Shown in pieces: positions 1 through 8,986 of a stretch of DNA of 64,000 nt. The first letter of the stretch is position 1. Each line of letters begins with the position of its first letter. A program made the position numbers and the translations under genes. The stretch is from an uncultured Chloroflexia bacterium (GTDB taxonomy: Bacteria > Chloroflexota > Chloroflexia > Thermomicrobiales > UBA6265): positions 224,001 through 288,000 of the forward strand of contig CAVRUC010000004.1 in NCBI GenBank assembly GCA_963724295.1, read 5' to 3'. The notes beneath the pieces were generated by a model that worked only from the letters and a program-made list of their open reading frames with translations, did not search any database and was not told the DNA's origin.

Positions 1-102
1 GATCTGCGGGAGGCCGGTCGAGCCCTGAGCATCGAGGCGGCGATTGGGGAGGCACTGACTGCCGCTGAGGCCGGCCGGTCGTCGTTGATCGCGGCGGACT
101 AG
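1..102 (+). CDS. 3' end of a gene truncated by the window edge; resembles the C-terminus of ATPase/TPR (LuxR/AfsR-like) regulators
   Basis: Frame 1 reads DLREAGRALSIEAAIGEALTAAEAGRSSLIAAD*. The 'AGRALS.E.AI.EAL' tail is typical of such proteins. Confidence 0.45.
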   Translation, partial: DLREAGRALSIEAAIGEALTAAEAGRSSLIAAD

Positions 103-159
103 GTCGCGACGCATCAAACGCGATGTGCTCCGCCCCTGGTTATGGAACGCGGCGAAACG

Positions 160-1485
160 CTAATGGCAATTCGGTGCGGGCTGTCCCTGGAACAGGCCAT
201 GTGTTACCTCCGTAAGCATCCCGTCCTGGTCAAACTCGATCGGCCGGAGATCTCCGGTGACCTCTACGCGTCCAGACTGGAGGAGCTCAGGAAGCAGGTG
301 CTCCGAGGCCCAGAAGGTCTCCACATGCTTGGTATCCTGGATCCTGGCAATGTGGGCCGTCTCCTGCTCGATCTTGAGGCAGCACGCGAGCGCCACGTAG
401 ATCGCCTGACGGTCGGTATCGACCGTCAACGGGATACGCGCCCCTTGCGGCGACTTGGCCGTAATCATGTTCATATACGTGGCTACCGGGTCCATCTTGT
501 CGACCGCGCGACGCAACACGACGTCCGCCATGCCGATCCCGGTCGCATTGCCTTCCGTGTCCTCTGTCAGGTCACGGATGATCATGCGCTGGATACGAGG
601 TTTGACGGGCTCTTCCGTCGGGCGCCCTGCGCTCACGACGTCGCGGTTGATCACGTTCGGGTCCGCGCCATCTCCGGAGATGTCCTTACCGATGCGGTCG
701 ACGATCAGGACGTCGATCCGCTCGCCGGGCAGCCGCCCCATCCGCTCGCGGGCGATCTTGAGCAGTTCCTGCTCCCGCTCCCAGATACGGGCCGCGGGCA
801 CCGCCTCGGCCTGAGCCAGGTTCCCGTAGCCATTCTCGATCACGGCCACCCCGAACGGGATGTTGACCTGGGTCAGCGTGAACTTGGCGACCGCGGGGAT
901 CAAATGGTGGAACTCATTCATGCCCTGGGAATGGAAGAAATCGGCGCCCTTTTGTTTGCCGAGCCCGATGGCGATCATCTTCATCAAGCCCGATTCGACC
1001 GCTCCCCGGAAGTCGGTGTGCGGCTTGACCCGGCCGACCGGAATCACCGCGTCCGCCTCGAAGGCATTGCGATCGAACCAGACCGGAACGTGCCCTTCGA
1101 CCTCGCCGAGATGGACCGTATCCATGCTCGACAGGAGGGGGCAGCCCATCGTCTCTTCCGTGATGCCGTAGTGCGCGATCAGCTCCAGCTGACCTTCGGC
1201 GGTCGCTCCACCGTGACTGCCCATCGCCGGTATCACAAACGGCCTGGCGCCGAGCTGGCGCACCTCGTCGACGACGGCCCGCACCACCTCGTCGATCCGG
1301 TCAATACCGCGACTCCCGGCCGTGACCGCGACACGCTGCCCGGGGCGGAGGCGATCACCGACACCGGGCCGGCGGAACTCGGCGGCGATCGCGGCACGGA
1401 CGTCGCCAATCTCCGTCGCATCCAGGAACTGGCGTACCGGGGCCCAGCGCGGTAGCGCCCCGCGCTCGAAGATCTCGAGTCCCAT
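160..1485 (-). CDS. LarA-like N-terminal domain (DUF2088/DUF362-like) protein
   Basis: Motifs VAVTAGSRGI, PAMGSHGGATAEGQ, RVKPHTDF, ESGLMKMIAIGLGK, GKDISGDGAD. Confidence 0.8.
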   Translation of the reverse strand: MGLEIFERGALPRWAPVRQFLDATEIGDVRAAIAAEFRRPGVGDRLRPGQRVAVTAGSRGIDRIDEVVRAVVDEVRQLGARPFVIPAMGSHGGATAEGQLELIAHYGITEETMGCPLLSSMDTVHLGEVEGHVPVWFDRNAFEADAVIPVGRVKPHTDFRGAVESGLMKMIAIGLGKQKGADFFHSQGMNEFHHLIPAVAKFTLTQVNIPFGVAVIENGYGNLAQAEAVPAARIWEREQELLKIARERMGRLPGERIDVLIVDRIGKDISGDGADPNVINRDVVSAGRPTEEPVKPRIQRMIIRDLTEDTEGNATGIGMADVVLRRAVDKMDPVATYMNMITAKSPQGARIPLTVDTDRQAIYVALACCLKIEQETAHIARIQDTKHVETFWASEHLLPELLQSGRVEVTGDLRPIEFDQDGMLTEVTHGLFQGQPAPNCH

Positions 1486-1500
1486 GGCAATCCCCTTACA

Positions 1501-1652
1501 AGTCGGTGAGTCGGTAAGTCGGGAAGTCGGTCAGTACGTCAGTTGGTTAGTTTGCCAGAAAATCGTCAGCGACTCGTGGTTCCGTTCGACAGAGGTCGGA
1601 CTATGACCATCAAGACCAAGCTCTACTTACCGACTCACCGACTTGACCGACT
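1501..1652. repeat. Foldback element: tandem AGTCGGTN octamers, spacer, inverted array
   Basis: agtcggtg agtcggta agtcggga agtcggtc plus 3 degenerate units at 1501-1556. Inverted units taccgact caccgact tgaccgact at 1628-1652. Confidence 0.85.
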
Positions 1653-1659
1653 TGCGTCA

Positions 1660-2848
1660 CTAGGCCGCTGCGCTCGCCGCTGACAGGTCCAGATCACAGC
1701 CGGTGATGCCGGCCTCGTATCCGGTCAGGAAGGAGTCGATCCGCACGTCGCCGGTACCATGGGCGCGCGGATCGTCCCACGCGGTCCCCGGCGGGTCACC
1801 CGAGATCTCGGTGATGGCGAGTGCCTCGTCGATGTCGCCGGCATCGAGCCAGCCAGTGAGCTCGGCGTCGATGGCGTAGGCGCCGGCCAGGCAGTCAGCT
1901 TGCTGTTCGAGCTCGATCGGCGCGACCTCGCCCGCGCGATCCGGCACGACGCCGAGGTCGAACCCGAGCTTGGCCTGAACGTGGTGCCCCCATTCGTGCG
2001 CGACGACGATGACCCAGGCAAAATCGCCGATCTGGTTCTCGATCAGGGTCCGAAATTCCGCCGAGTAGTAGATCTTCTCGTCGATCACGCAATAGAACGC
2101 TGCCTCCCGCACGGGATCGGCGCGACCACACGCGGTAACGATCGGCTCGTCGAACGGGACCACCCCTTGCGGGGGCTCGTAGTCGCGCCCGACTTCCTGG
2201 AAACGAGCCGCCCAGAACCTGTCGATATCGGCGTGCAGCGGGTCTGGAAAGAGGACCTCGCGTGGGACCGGCGTCGTGTCGTCGCTCTCCTGGGAGAGGG
2301 AGAACATCGTGGCGGAGCCGTCGTCGCCGTACAACGCGACCTGCTCGTCGACGAACGCGCGCGACGCGCCGAAGAACCAGCCCCATTCGTCGTCGAACGG
2401 CACGAGGTGAACCTCGCCCGACACGTCGGTGGTGACCCCATTGACCGTGTACGGTTGGACATATCTGACCGTGACCGCTTCGTCGTAGGTGACGCCGGTG
2501 ACCGGCCATGTCCACGGCTCGGGCTGGACGCCGGTAACCTCCAGCTCGCGAGTTTCCCGCTCCGCGAAATAGCTCTCATACCACCCGACGACCGCCGATC
2601 GCGGCACGACGGCAAGCGCGTCGGGGTGCATGCGCTCGTAGAGCGCGTCGAAATCGCGATCCGCTTCGAGCGTGGATAGCTCGCGCGCGACGTCGGCCGC
2701 CGCGGCCAGCTGGTCATCGGCCTGGACGGCGGCTCGTGCCTGCTGTGTGGACAGACGAATCAAATGATGTCGCGGCTCCCGCGGGAACCGAGGTGATGAC
2801 GATGCAGGACAGCGCGAGCGCAAGGACGAGAGATCGCAACAACCACAC
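1660..2848 (-). CDS. Secreted neutral zinc metallopeptidase (YpfJ-like), split by a +1 frameshift near 2740-2770
   Basis: Motifs AFYC, VAHEWGHHVQ, ELEQQADCLAG and AHGT in ORF 1660..2823. The signal peptide VWLLRSLVLALALSCIVITSVPAGA lies in the adjacent frame (ORF 2714..3040). Confidence 0.8.
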
Positions 2849-2996
2849 CTCGGGACGCGGACAGCGGCCTCTCACGTCTCCGCCGGATCCACGCCCCGGC
2901 GCCACGGCATGTGCATGCCCCAGGTCGCTCGATCGCACGCGTTTCCGGCTATCGTGGGACGCGAATCTCATACGTTCAGAATCGTGAGCAGGAGGC

Positions 2997-4163
2997 TCAG
3001 CGCTGTTCGATGGCGACGAACTTCTTGTCCGTCGCGCCAACGAACTCCGATTGCGGGCGGATCAGACGATTGTTCGCCATTTGCTCCAGCACGTGCGCCG
3101 TCCAGCCGGTCACCCGCGAGACGGCAAACGTCGGCGTAAACATGTCGCCCGGTAGCCCCACCGCCGAGAGCACCGCCGCCGAGTAGAACTCCACGTTCGT
3201 ATAGAGGCGACGGTCCGGTTTTCGCTCGTGGAGCATCTCGAGCGCCCGTTCCTCGGTGCGACGAGACAGCTCGAAGAACTCGGGCGTACTGGCCTCGGCT
3301 GCCATCCCGCGCAGAATCTCCGCGCGCGGGTCCTCTGCCTTGTAAACGCGGTGTCCGAAACCCATGAGGCGATCGCCGCGATCGAGCGCCTCCGTCAGCC
3401 AGCGATCGACGTTTTCGGCCGAGCCGATCGCCTCCAGCATATCCAGCACTTTGGACGGCGCGCCCCCGTGCAGCGGACCCTTCAACGCGCCGATCGCGCC
3501 GGTAACCGCCGAACAGAGATCGGACCCGGTGGACGCGATGACGCGAGCGGTGAAGGTCGATGCGTTCATGCCGTGGTCGGCAAGCAGGGTCAGGTAGACC
3601 TCGAGCGGCCGCCAGTGCTTTTCCTCCGGCTCGCGATCGAAGAGCTGGTAGAGGTAGCTCTGGGCGGTGTTGTGCGCGATCTTCGGGGTGACCGGCTCCA
3701 ACCCCTGTCGCAGGCGAAAGAACGCCGCCAGGATGCCGGGGAACTTCGCGGTCAGGGCGACAGCCTCGTCGAGATCGGGGAGATCGTCGAACTGCTCGCC
3801 GGCGATCGCGCCCAGGGCGGAGACTCCGGTACGCAGGGCGTCCATCGGGGCCGCGGTCGCGGGGAGAGCGCGAATAACGTCGATAACGTGCCCCGGTAGC
3901 GGCCGCTGCTCTCCCAACGTGCGGAGCAGTTGGGTCAGCTCGTCGCGCGATGGTAGGCGGCCCTTCCAGAGGAGGAACGCGACTTCCTCGAACGAGGCCC
4001 GCCCGGCCAATTCGTGGATGTCGTAGCCGCGGTAGACGAGTCTGCCTTCTTCGCCAAAGACGTGGCTCAACGCGGTTGACGCGGCAACCACACCCTCCAG
4101 ACCTTCGGGTTTCGGCAGGGCGGGTTGGTCGGAAACGGCTGTGCTGCCGTTGGACCCGGTCAT
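2997..4163 (-). CDS. Citrate synthase / 2-methylcitrate synthase (CitA-type, NVEF variant)
   Basis: Motifs GLEGVVA, LVYRGY, LADHGMNAST, GPLHGGA, MGFGHRVYK, NVEFY, RLIRP. ATG at 4163. Confidence 0.93.
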   Translation of the reverse strand: MTGSNGSTAVSDQPALPKPEGLEGVVAASTALSHVFGEEGRLVYRGYDIHELAGRASFEEVAFLLWKGRLPSRDELTQLLRTLGEQRPLPGHVIDVIRALPATAAPMDALRTGVSALGAIAGEQFDDLPDLDEAVALTAKFPGILAAFFRLRQGLEPVTPKIAHNTAQSYLYQLFDREPEEKHWRPLEVYLTLLADHGMNASTFTARVIASTGSDLCSAVTGAIGALKGPLHGGAPSKVLDMLEAIGSAENVDRWLTEALDRGDRLMGFGHRVYKAEDPRAEILRGMAAEASTPEFFELSRRTEERALEMLHERKPDRRLYTNVEFYSAAVLSAVGLPGDMFTPTFAVSRVTGWTAHVLEQMANNRLIRPQSEFVGATDKKFVAIEQR

Positions 4164-4444
4164 TCTTTGCTCCCGCTGGTCAAATGGCGCTACGGCGGAT
4201 CGACGAAGGTCTCGCACTGCCGCTCCAGCGCCGCGGCGCGGTCTGGTGGTCAGACCCGCGTGGCTCTTCTCAGGTAAATCGTAGCACGCTGATGGCGTCT
4301 GCCGGCACCGAGCGGGTGGTTTCAGCGGCAGCCTGGGAGTGGTACTGTATCCCTACCGGCGCGGCGAAAACGCGCGCGATCACCGAGCAGGCCGGGCTGC
4401 TTGCCCCGCGATGGACCACATCGTCATACCGCGGGGAGGCGGGG

Positions 4445-6092
4445 TTGCGGCAACGGGACGTCAGACCCAGATCCAGGCGAATCACTGCGTTGCCGCGACT
4501 GTCGGCCGTCGTGACACTTGCCGTGTCGCTCGTCATCTCGCTGTCGCCACTCGCGACCGCGCCGGTCGCCGCGGCTCCCCCGGAAATCAGTCAAGAGTCG
4601 ACGAAATCATCTGACGTCGCTCCGGACTCAGGAACGAAAGCCGAGAGTCCGATTGAGCTCGAGACGCCCCAGCTACCCGACACCCAGGATCAGCTCCGTG
4701 CGGACGTCGCCCCGCGGGAGCGTACCGATGGTGGCGACGGGAGTGTCCGTCTGCGTGGTGTGGAAGCTCCAGTTCAGCTCGAACAGCAGGACGCTCGAGG
4801 CGCGGATCGACCGCCGGAAAATGGCAAAACGTCCGACACGCCGCAAAGAGTGGAGCGGGACCCCGGCGACGGTCCGGTCCCGAAACGACATCAGCCGGCG
4901 AAGAAACGGGACCCGAAGCGGGAGCGGAGCGATATCCGCATCTGGCCCATGCCGGCCAAGAGCTACACGTTCACCCAGCAATTCGGATGCGTGCCACAAC
5001 TTGGAAATCTGTACTTCCCTGGAGAGGGTTGCCCCGCCACCAGACCAGTTATCCACACCGGCGTCGATCTCGCCGCACCGGAGGGCACGCCGTTCTATGC
5101 GGCTGCCTCCGGTTGGGTGACCCTGGCCGACTATGACCGGCCCACGGCGGACGCCAATACGCGCATCATCATTCAGCACGATGGACGAAATGAAGGGTAC
5201 GCCACCGACTACCTGCATTGGGTCGCCAGCTACGTGGAGGAAGGCGACTACGTCCACGCCGGCGACCCGATCGGTGAGGTTGGCAACGTTGGATTCTCGA
5301 CCGGTCCTCACCTCCACTTTTCCGTTACCGATCTCGACAGCGGCGAACACATCGATCCTTTGCGCTGGCTCCCGGACGAACCCGGGTTGGAGGGATATGT
5401 CAGCCGCATGCCGAATGCGCGACTGAGACTGCCGGCCGGAACGACCGCCGGCCAGCCAGAATCGGCCGACCCCGCACCGCCACCACCAGCAGTCAAGGAG
5501 GACGTGCCCGAGTCTCCTCCCGACTGACGGCAAACGCGGCAAACAAGCCGAGCGGAAACGGGAAGAGCGCCGCGCCGAGGCCAGCGGCGATTCCGCGGCC
5601 AGCGATACCACGCGATCGGGCAAGAAGCGGACCCGCGACGAGGCGGCATCCGAAACCAACGCGGACGAGTCGACGAGCGACACGACGCAGGCCCCTGATT
5701 CATCACGCGAGCGAGAGCGAATCCGGGAGCGAAACAAGGACGAATCGGAATCGGAAGATCCCGGCACAGCCCCTGAGGACGGGAGCCACGGTGGTCGAGA
5801 TGATTCCAGCAGCGAAGACCGGCGCGCCAACCGCAAAGACAGCAAGGACTCGAGTGGTGGCGCCCCGGAGAAATCTAAGGACGAACGCGGCAACCGGGAC
5901 CCAAGGGACACTGAGCGACACCATGGGAGTAATCCTGACGACCAGGGCGGCCGGCACGATCGCAACGCGGATGGCCAGAACCCGAACCAACGCGAGCGCA
6001 ACGGTGGAGAAAACAAGGCAACTGCGAAAGCCGACGAAAGTCTTGAGGCCCAACCTCTGAACGAGGTAGGGCTGTCGCAAGGTCCGCGCTGA
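4445..6092 (+). CDS. Secreted M23 family peptidase with a long charged low-complexity tail; +1 frameshift near 5520
   Basis: GGGGAGG then TTG at 4445, followed by a signal peptide. Zn motifs HTGVD, YLH, STGPHLHF. The frame continues as TDGKRGKQAERKREE...QGPR* in the next frame to TGA at 6090-6092. Confidence 0.8.
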
Positions 6093-6107
6093 CTCCGCCC
6101 AAATGCG

Positions 6108-7076
6108 CTAGATCGAGAGACCCTCTCGATACTCGCGCTCCAGCCTTTGCCGAACTTTCGGAAACTCGGCCGCGATCTCCTCGAGGGCAGAGCGGAGAGC
6201 AGCCTGCTGGGCGGCGTCCGGTTCAGGCTGAAGATTCGGATAGACCGAGCGCGTCAGGAGCGCGCGCAGGGTCGTCACGAACACCTCGATCTCACCGCGG
6301 GTCTCCTCGGAAAGGAAAAGGCGCTGCGCGCTGTAGGCGTCGGCTAGTGAAAACGCCCGCTCTCCTACTTCGTTCCAGTTCTCCCAGACCAGAGCCTCAG
6401 GAAGAAACTCAGCCGGCGGCGAATACGCCTCGCCGGGCAGCAGGATCGGATTCGTCACCGCGGCCAATGCCGCTTCCAGGCGGGCCAGGCGAGCGTACAA
6501 GTCCGCACTGACATCGGGGCGACGAGAACCCGGTCGCGAGCTTCCGTCCGCGGCCGCTCTCGTCATCGTGGCGAGGAGGTCGGCGCGCAACCGTTCCAGG
6601 GCGACGTCGCGACGCGCCTCTTCCGCCTCAGTTTGCTGTGCACGCTCAGACCGGGCTCGCCGCAGCTCCTGGCCAATCTCCGCCGCATGCCGGTCGACCG
6701 CGCGAGCGATCTGATCGAGGCGCTCCTCGAACCGGTCGAGCCGGCCCGCGAGCGTCTCTACCGGGTTGGGAACGAGGTCGAGTCCGGCAGGATCTGGCAG
6801 CCCGACGCGATCTGCAGCCGATCGGGGTGATCCAACGTTCAGCGATGGCGCCCGCACCGCGGCCGTCGGGCCGCTCAGGCTCGGCTCAATCACCCCATCC
6901 GACGCGGGATTTCGCCCGTTGGTGGCATTGAGTTCGCCATCAGCCGCGCCAGCACCGCCACGGGACATCCTCAATGCAGGGCGACCCCAGGGGAGGATCC
7001 CCTGCCGGGACAGCACCGCGAGGGTTCCCCCGAGGAGTACGATGAGCCCGATCGTGGCGGCGAGAGCTGGTTCCAA
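6108..7076 (-). CDS. Hypothetical membrane-anchored coiled-coil protein
   Basis: N-terminal hydrophobic helix, heptad-like LAGRLDRFEERLDQIA region, AAGGA upstream of TTG. Confidence 0.65.
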   Translation of the reverse strand: MEPALAATIGLIVLLGGTLAVLSRQGILPWGRPALRMSRGGAGAADGELNATNGRNPASDGVIEPSLSGPTAAVRAPSLNVGSPRSAADRVGLPDPAGLDLVPNPVETLAGRLDRFEERLDQIARAVDRHAAEIGQELRRARSERAQQTEAEEARRDVALERLRADLLATMTRAAADGSSRPGSRRPDVSADLYARLARLEAALAAVTNPILLPGEAYSPPAEFLPEALVWENWNEVGERAFSLADAYSAQRLFLSEETRGEIEVFVTTLRALLTRSVYPNLQPEPDAAQQAALRSALEEIAAEFPKVRQRLEREYREGLSI

Positions 7077-7203
7077 GGCATTCCTTATGTCGCGGACGCG
7101 GGCACAGCCGCGTCGCGCTGGCGACTATACCCCCGCGGGGCAAACAGGAGCGATCGGGCATGACTGACCCCGTCGTGCCGCCATGCGGCAGGCGGCATCA
7201 ATC

Positions 7204-8571
7204 TTACTCGGCGACGCTCGGCAACCCGGCCAGCGCCGCTTCGATCTCAGACTGAGGATGCTCGTAATCCTGCATCGATCCGGAAAGATAGCTGTCGTAC
7301 GCCGACAGATCGAAGAAGCCATGCCCGCAGAGATTGAAGAGGATCGTTCGTGGCTCGCCCGCTTCCCTGGCCTGCATCGCCTCGTCGATGGCGACGCGGA
7401 TGGCATGGGACGGCTCCGGCGCGGGAACGATCCCTTCCGTGCGGCCGAAGAGCACCGCTGCCTCGAACGCCGCGCGTTGCTTGATGGCAGTCGCCTCGAT
7501 CAGTCCCTCGTCGAGCAGCATGCTCACCAACGGCGCCGCGCCGTGATATCGCAACCCGCCGGCGTGGATCCCGGCCGGGACGAAGCTGTGTCCCAGGGTG
7601 TGCATCTTTACCAGCGGCGTGAGCTGACCGGTGTCGCCGAAATCGTAGGCGTAGGTGCCTCTGGTCAGCGTCGGGCACGCCGCGGGCTCGGCGGCGACGA
7701 TCCGGATCGGCTTCCCCGCCAGCTTCTGGCGCACGAAAGGGAAGCTGATGCCGGCGAAGTTCGAGCCGCCACCGACACATCCGATGACCACGTCGGGGTA
7801 CGCGTCCGCCATCTCCAGCTGCTGCTGCGCCTCCTGCCCGATCACGGTCTGGTGCAGGAGGACGTGATTCAGCACCGACCCCAGGGCGTACTTCGTATCG
7901 TCGCGCGTGGCGGCGTCCTCGACAGCTTCCGAGATGGCAATCCCCAGGGAGCCGTTTGAGTCGGGGTCCTGAGCGAGGATCGTCCGCCCGGCGTTGGTGT
8001 CTGTGCTCGGGGAGGCCACGCACTGCGCGCCCCAGGTCTCCATCAACGCTCGCCGGTACGGCTTCTGCGCGTAGGAGATCTTGACCATGTAGACCTTGAT
8101 CTCCAGATCGAACAGGGAGCCGGCTAACGCCAGGGCGCTTCCCCACTGGCCCGCACCCGTTTCGGTGGCGATCCGCCTCACACCCTCTTGCTTGGCGTAG
8201 TACGCCTGCGGCACCGCGGTATTCGGCTTGTGCGACCCGGCGGGACTGCCACCCTCGTACTTGTAGAAGATGCGCACGCTCTCGGGCAGGTCCAGCGCGC
8301 GCTCGAGCCGGTGCGCCCGGTACAAGGGCGTCGGCCGCCACAACCGGTAGACGGCGAGGACCTCCTCCGGGATCGGAATGAAGCGCTCGGTGGAGACTTC
8401 CTGACCGATCACCGCCATCGGGAAGAGGGGCGCCAGATCATCCGGTCCGATCGGCTGGTGCGTACCCGGATGGAGGACGGGCGGTGGTGGATGCGGGAGG
8501 TCGGCCGCCAGGTTGTACCAGGACGTCGGGATGGCCTCCTCGGGCAAGAGATAACGGGTTTGCTCCAACAT
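7204..8571 (-). CDS. trpB2: Type II tryptophan synthase beta (TrpB2-like PLP enzyme)
   Basis: Motifs GSHKPNTA (PLP Lys), [47 protein letters not shown] at 8571. Confidence 0.95.
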   Translation of the reverse strand: MLEQTRYLLPEEAIPTSWYNLAADLPHPPPPVLHPGTHQPIGPDDLAPLFPMAVIGQEVSTERFIPIPEEVLAVYRLWRPTPLYRAHRLERALDLPESVRIFYKYEGGSPAGSHKPNTAVPQAYYAKQEGVRRIATETGAGQWGSALALAGSLFDLEIKVYMVKISYAQKPYRRALMETWGAQCVASPSTDTNAGRTILAQDPDSNGSLGIAISEAVEDAATRDDTKYALGSVLNHVLLHQTVIGQEAQQQLEMADAYPDVVIGCVGGGSNFAGISFPFVRQKLAGKPIRIVAAEPAACPTLTRGTYAYDFGDTGQLTPLVKMHTLGHSFVPAGIHAGGLRYHGAAPLVSMLLDEGLIEATAIKQRAAFEAAVLFGRTEGIVPAPEPSHAIRVAIDEAMQAREAGEPRTILFNLCGHGFFDLSAYDSYLSGSMQDYEHPQSEIEAALAGLPSVAE

Positions 8572-8731
8572 CGCTGCACCCCCTCGCAATGGATCGGGCT
8601 CGCGCCAGCGCCGTGGCGGCGACCGCACGAAATCACGGCTCCGGTGAATCGTTAGCTTTCGACACGAACGTGCGCGCATGGTACCGGCGGGATCGAGACC
8701 CGGCAACAGGGAGATTTGGCTTCGGTTATCT

Positions 8732-8842
8732 CCCTCGCATCCCCGACCCCTTCTCCCCTCGGAGCGGGGAGAAGGGAGTACGAACCTGGCCGCAAGAAAC
8801 AGCCCCTCTCCCAGGTGCTCGGGAGAGGGGTTGGGGTGAAGG
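8732..8842. repeat. Bipartite GC hairpin doublet (REP/REPIN-like), copy 1
   Basis: 29-mer CCCTTCTCCCCTCGGAGCGGGGAGAAGGG at 8748-8776, then a CCCCTCTCCC..GGGAGAGGGG hairpin. Same element at 31599 and 39928. Confidence 0.9.
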
Positions 8843-8986
8843 TTATAGGCGGGGTGTGAGTGAGGTCTGATCAGGGTCGAGATGCGGGTCGTCAGTGCTA
8901 CACTCGGGCGCTGGGCCCACCCCACGCTTTCGCCAGTTTTCTGGCGTCTCATTGCTCCACCGATCCCTGGAGAGGACGATATCGAG

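Noticed and set aside
1501..1652. Tandem arrays (here and at 56688) considered as CRISPR
   Set aside because: Units are 7-8 nt and contiguous, with no unique spacers of 25-45 nt.
8572..8730. Trp attenuator or T-box upstream of trpB2
   Set aside because: No tandem-Trp leader peptide and no T-box consensus seen.
8572..8952. N-terminal extensions in the ORF track for trpB2, argH-like (31491), HCDH (39935), greA (17070), FhaA (25313) and the membrane protein (26011)
   Set aside because: They translate intergenic repeats (PHPNPSP...GEG) or neighbouring genes. Downstream starts match the family N-termini.
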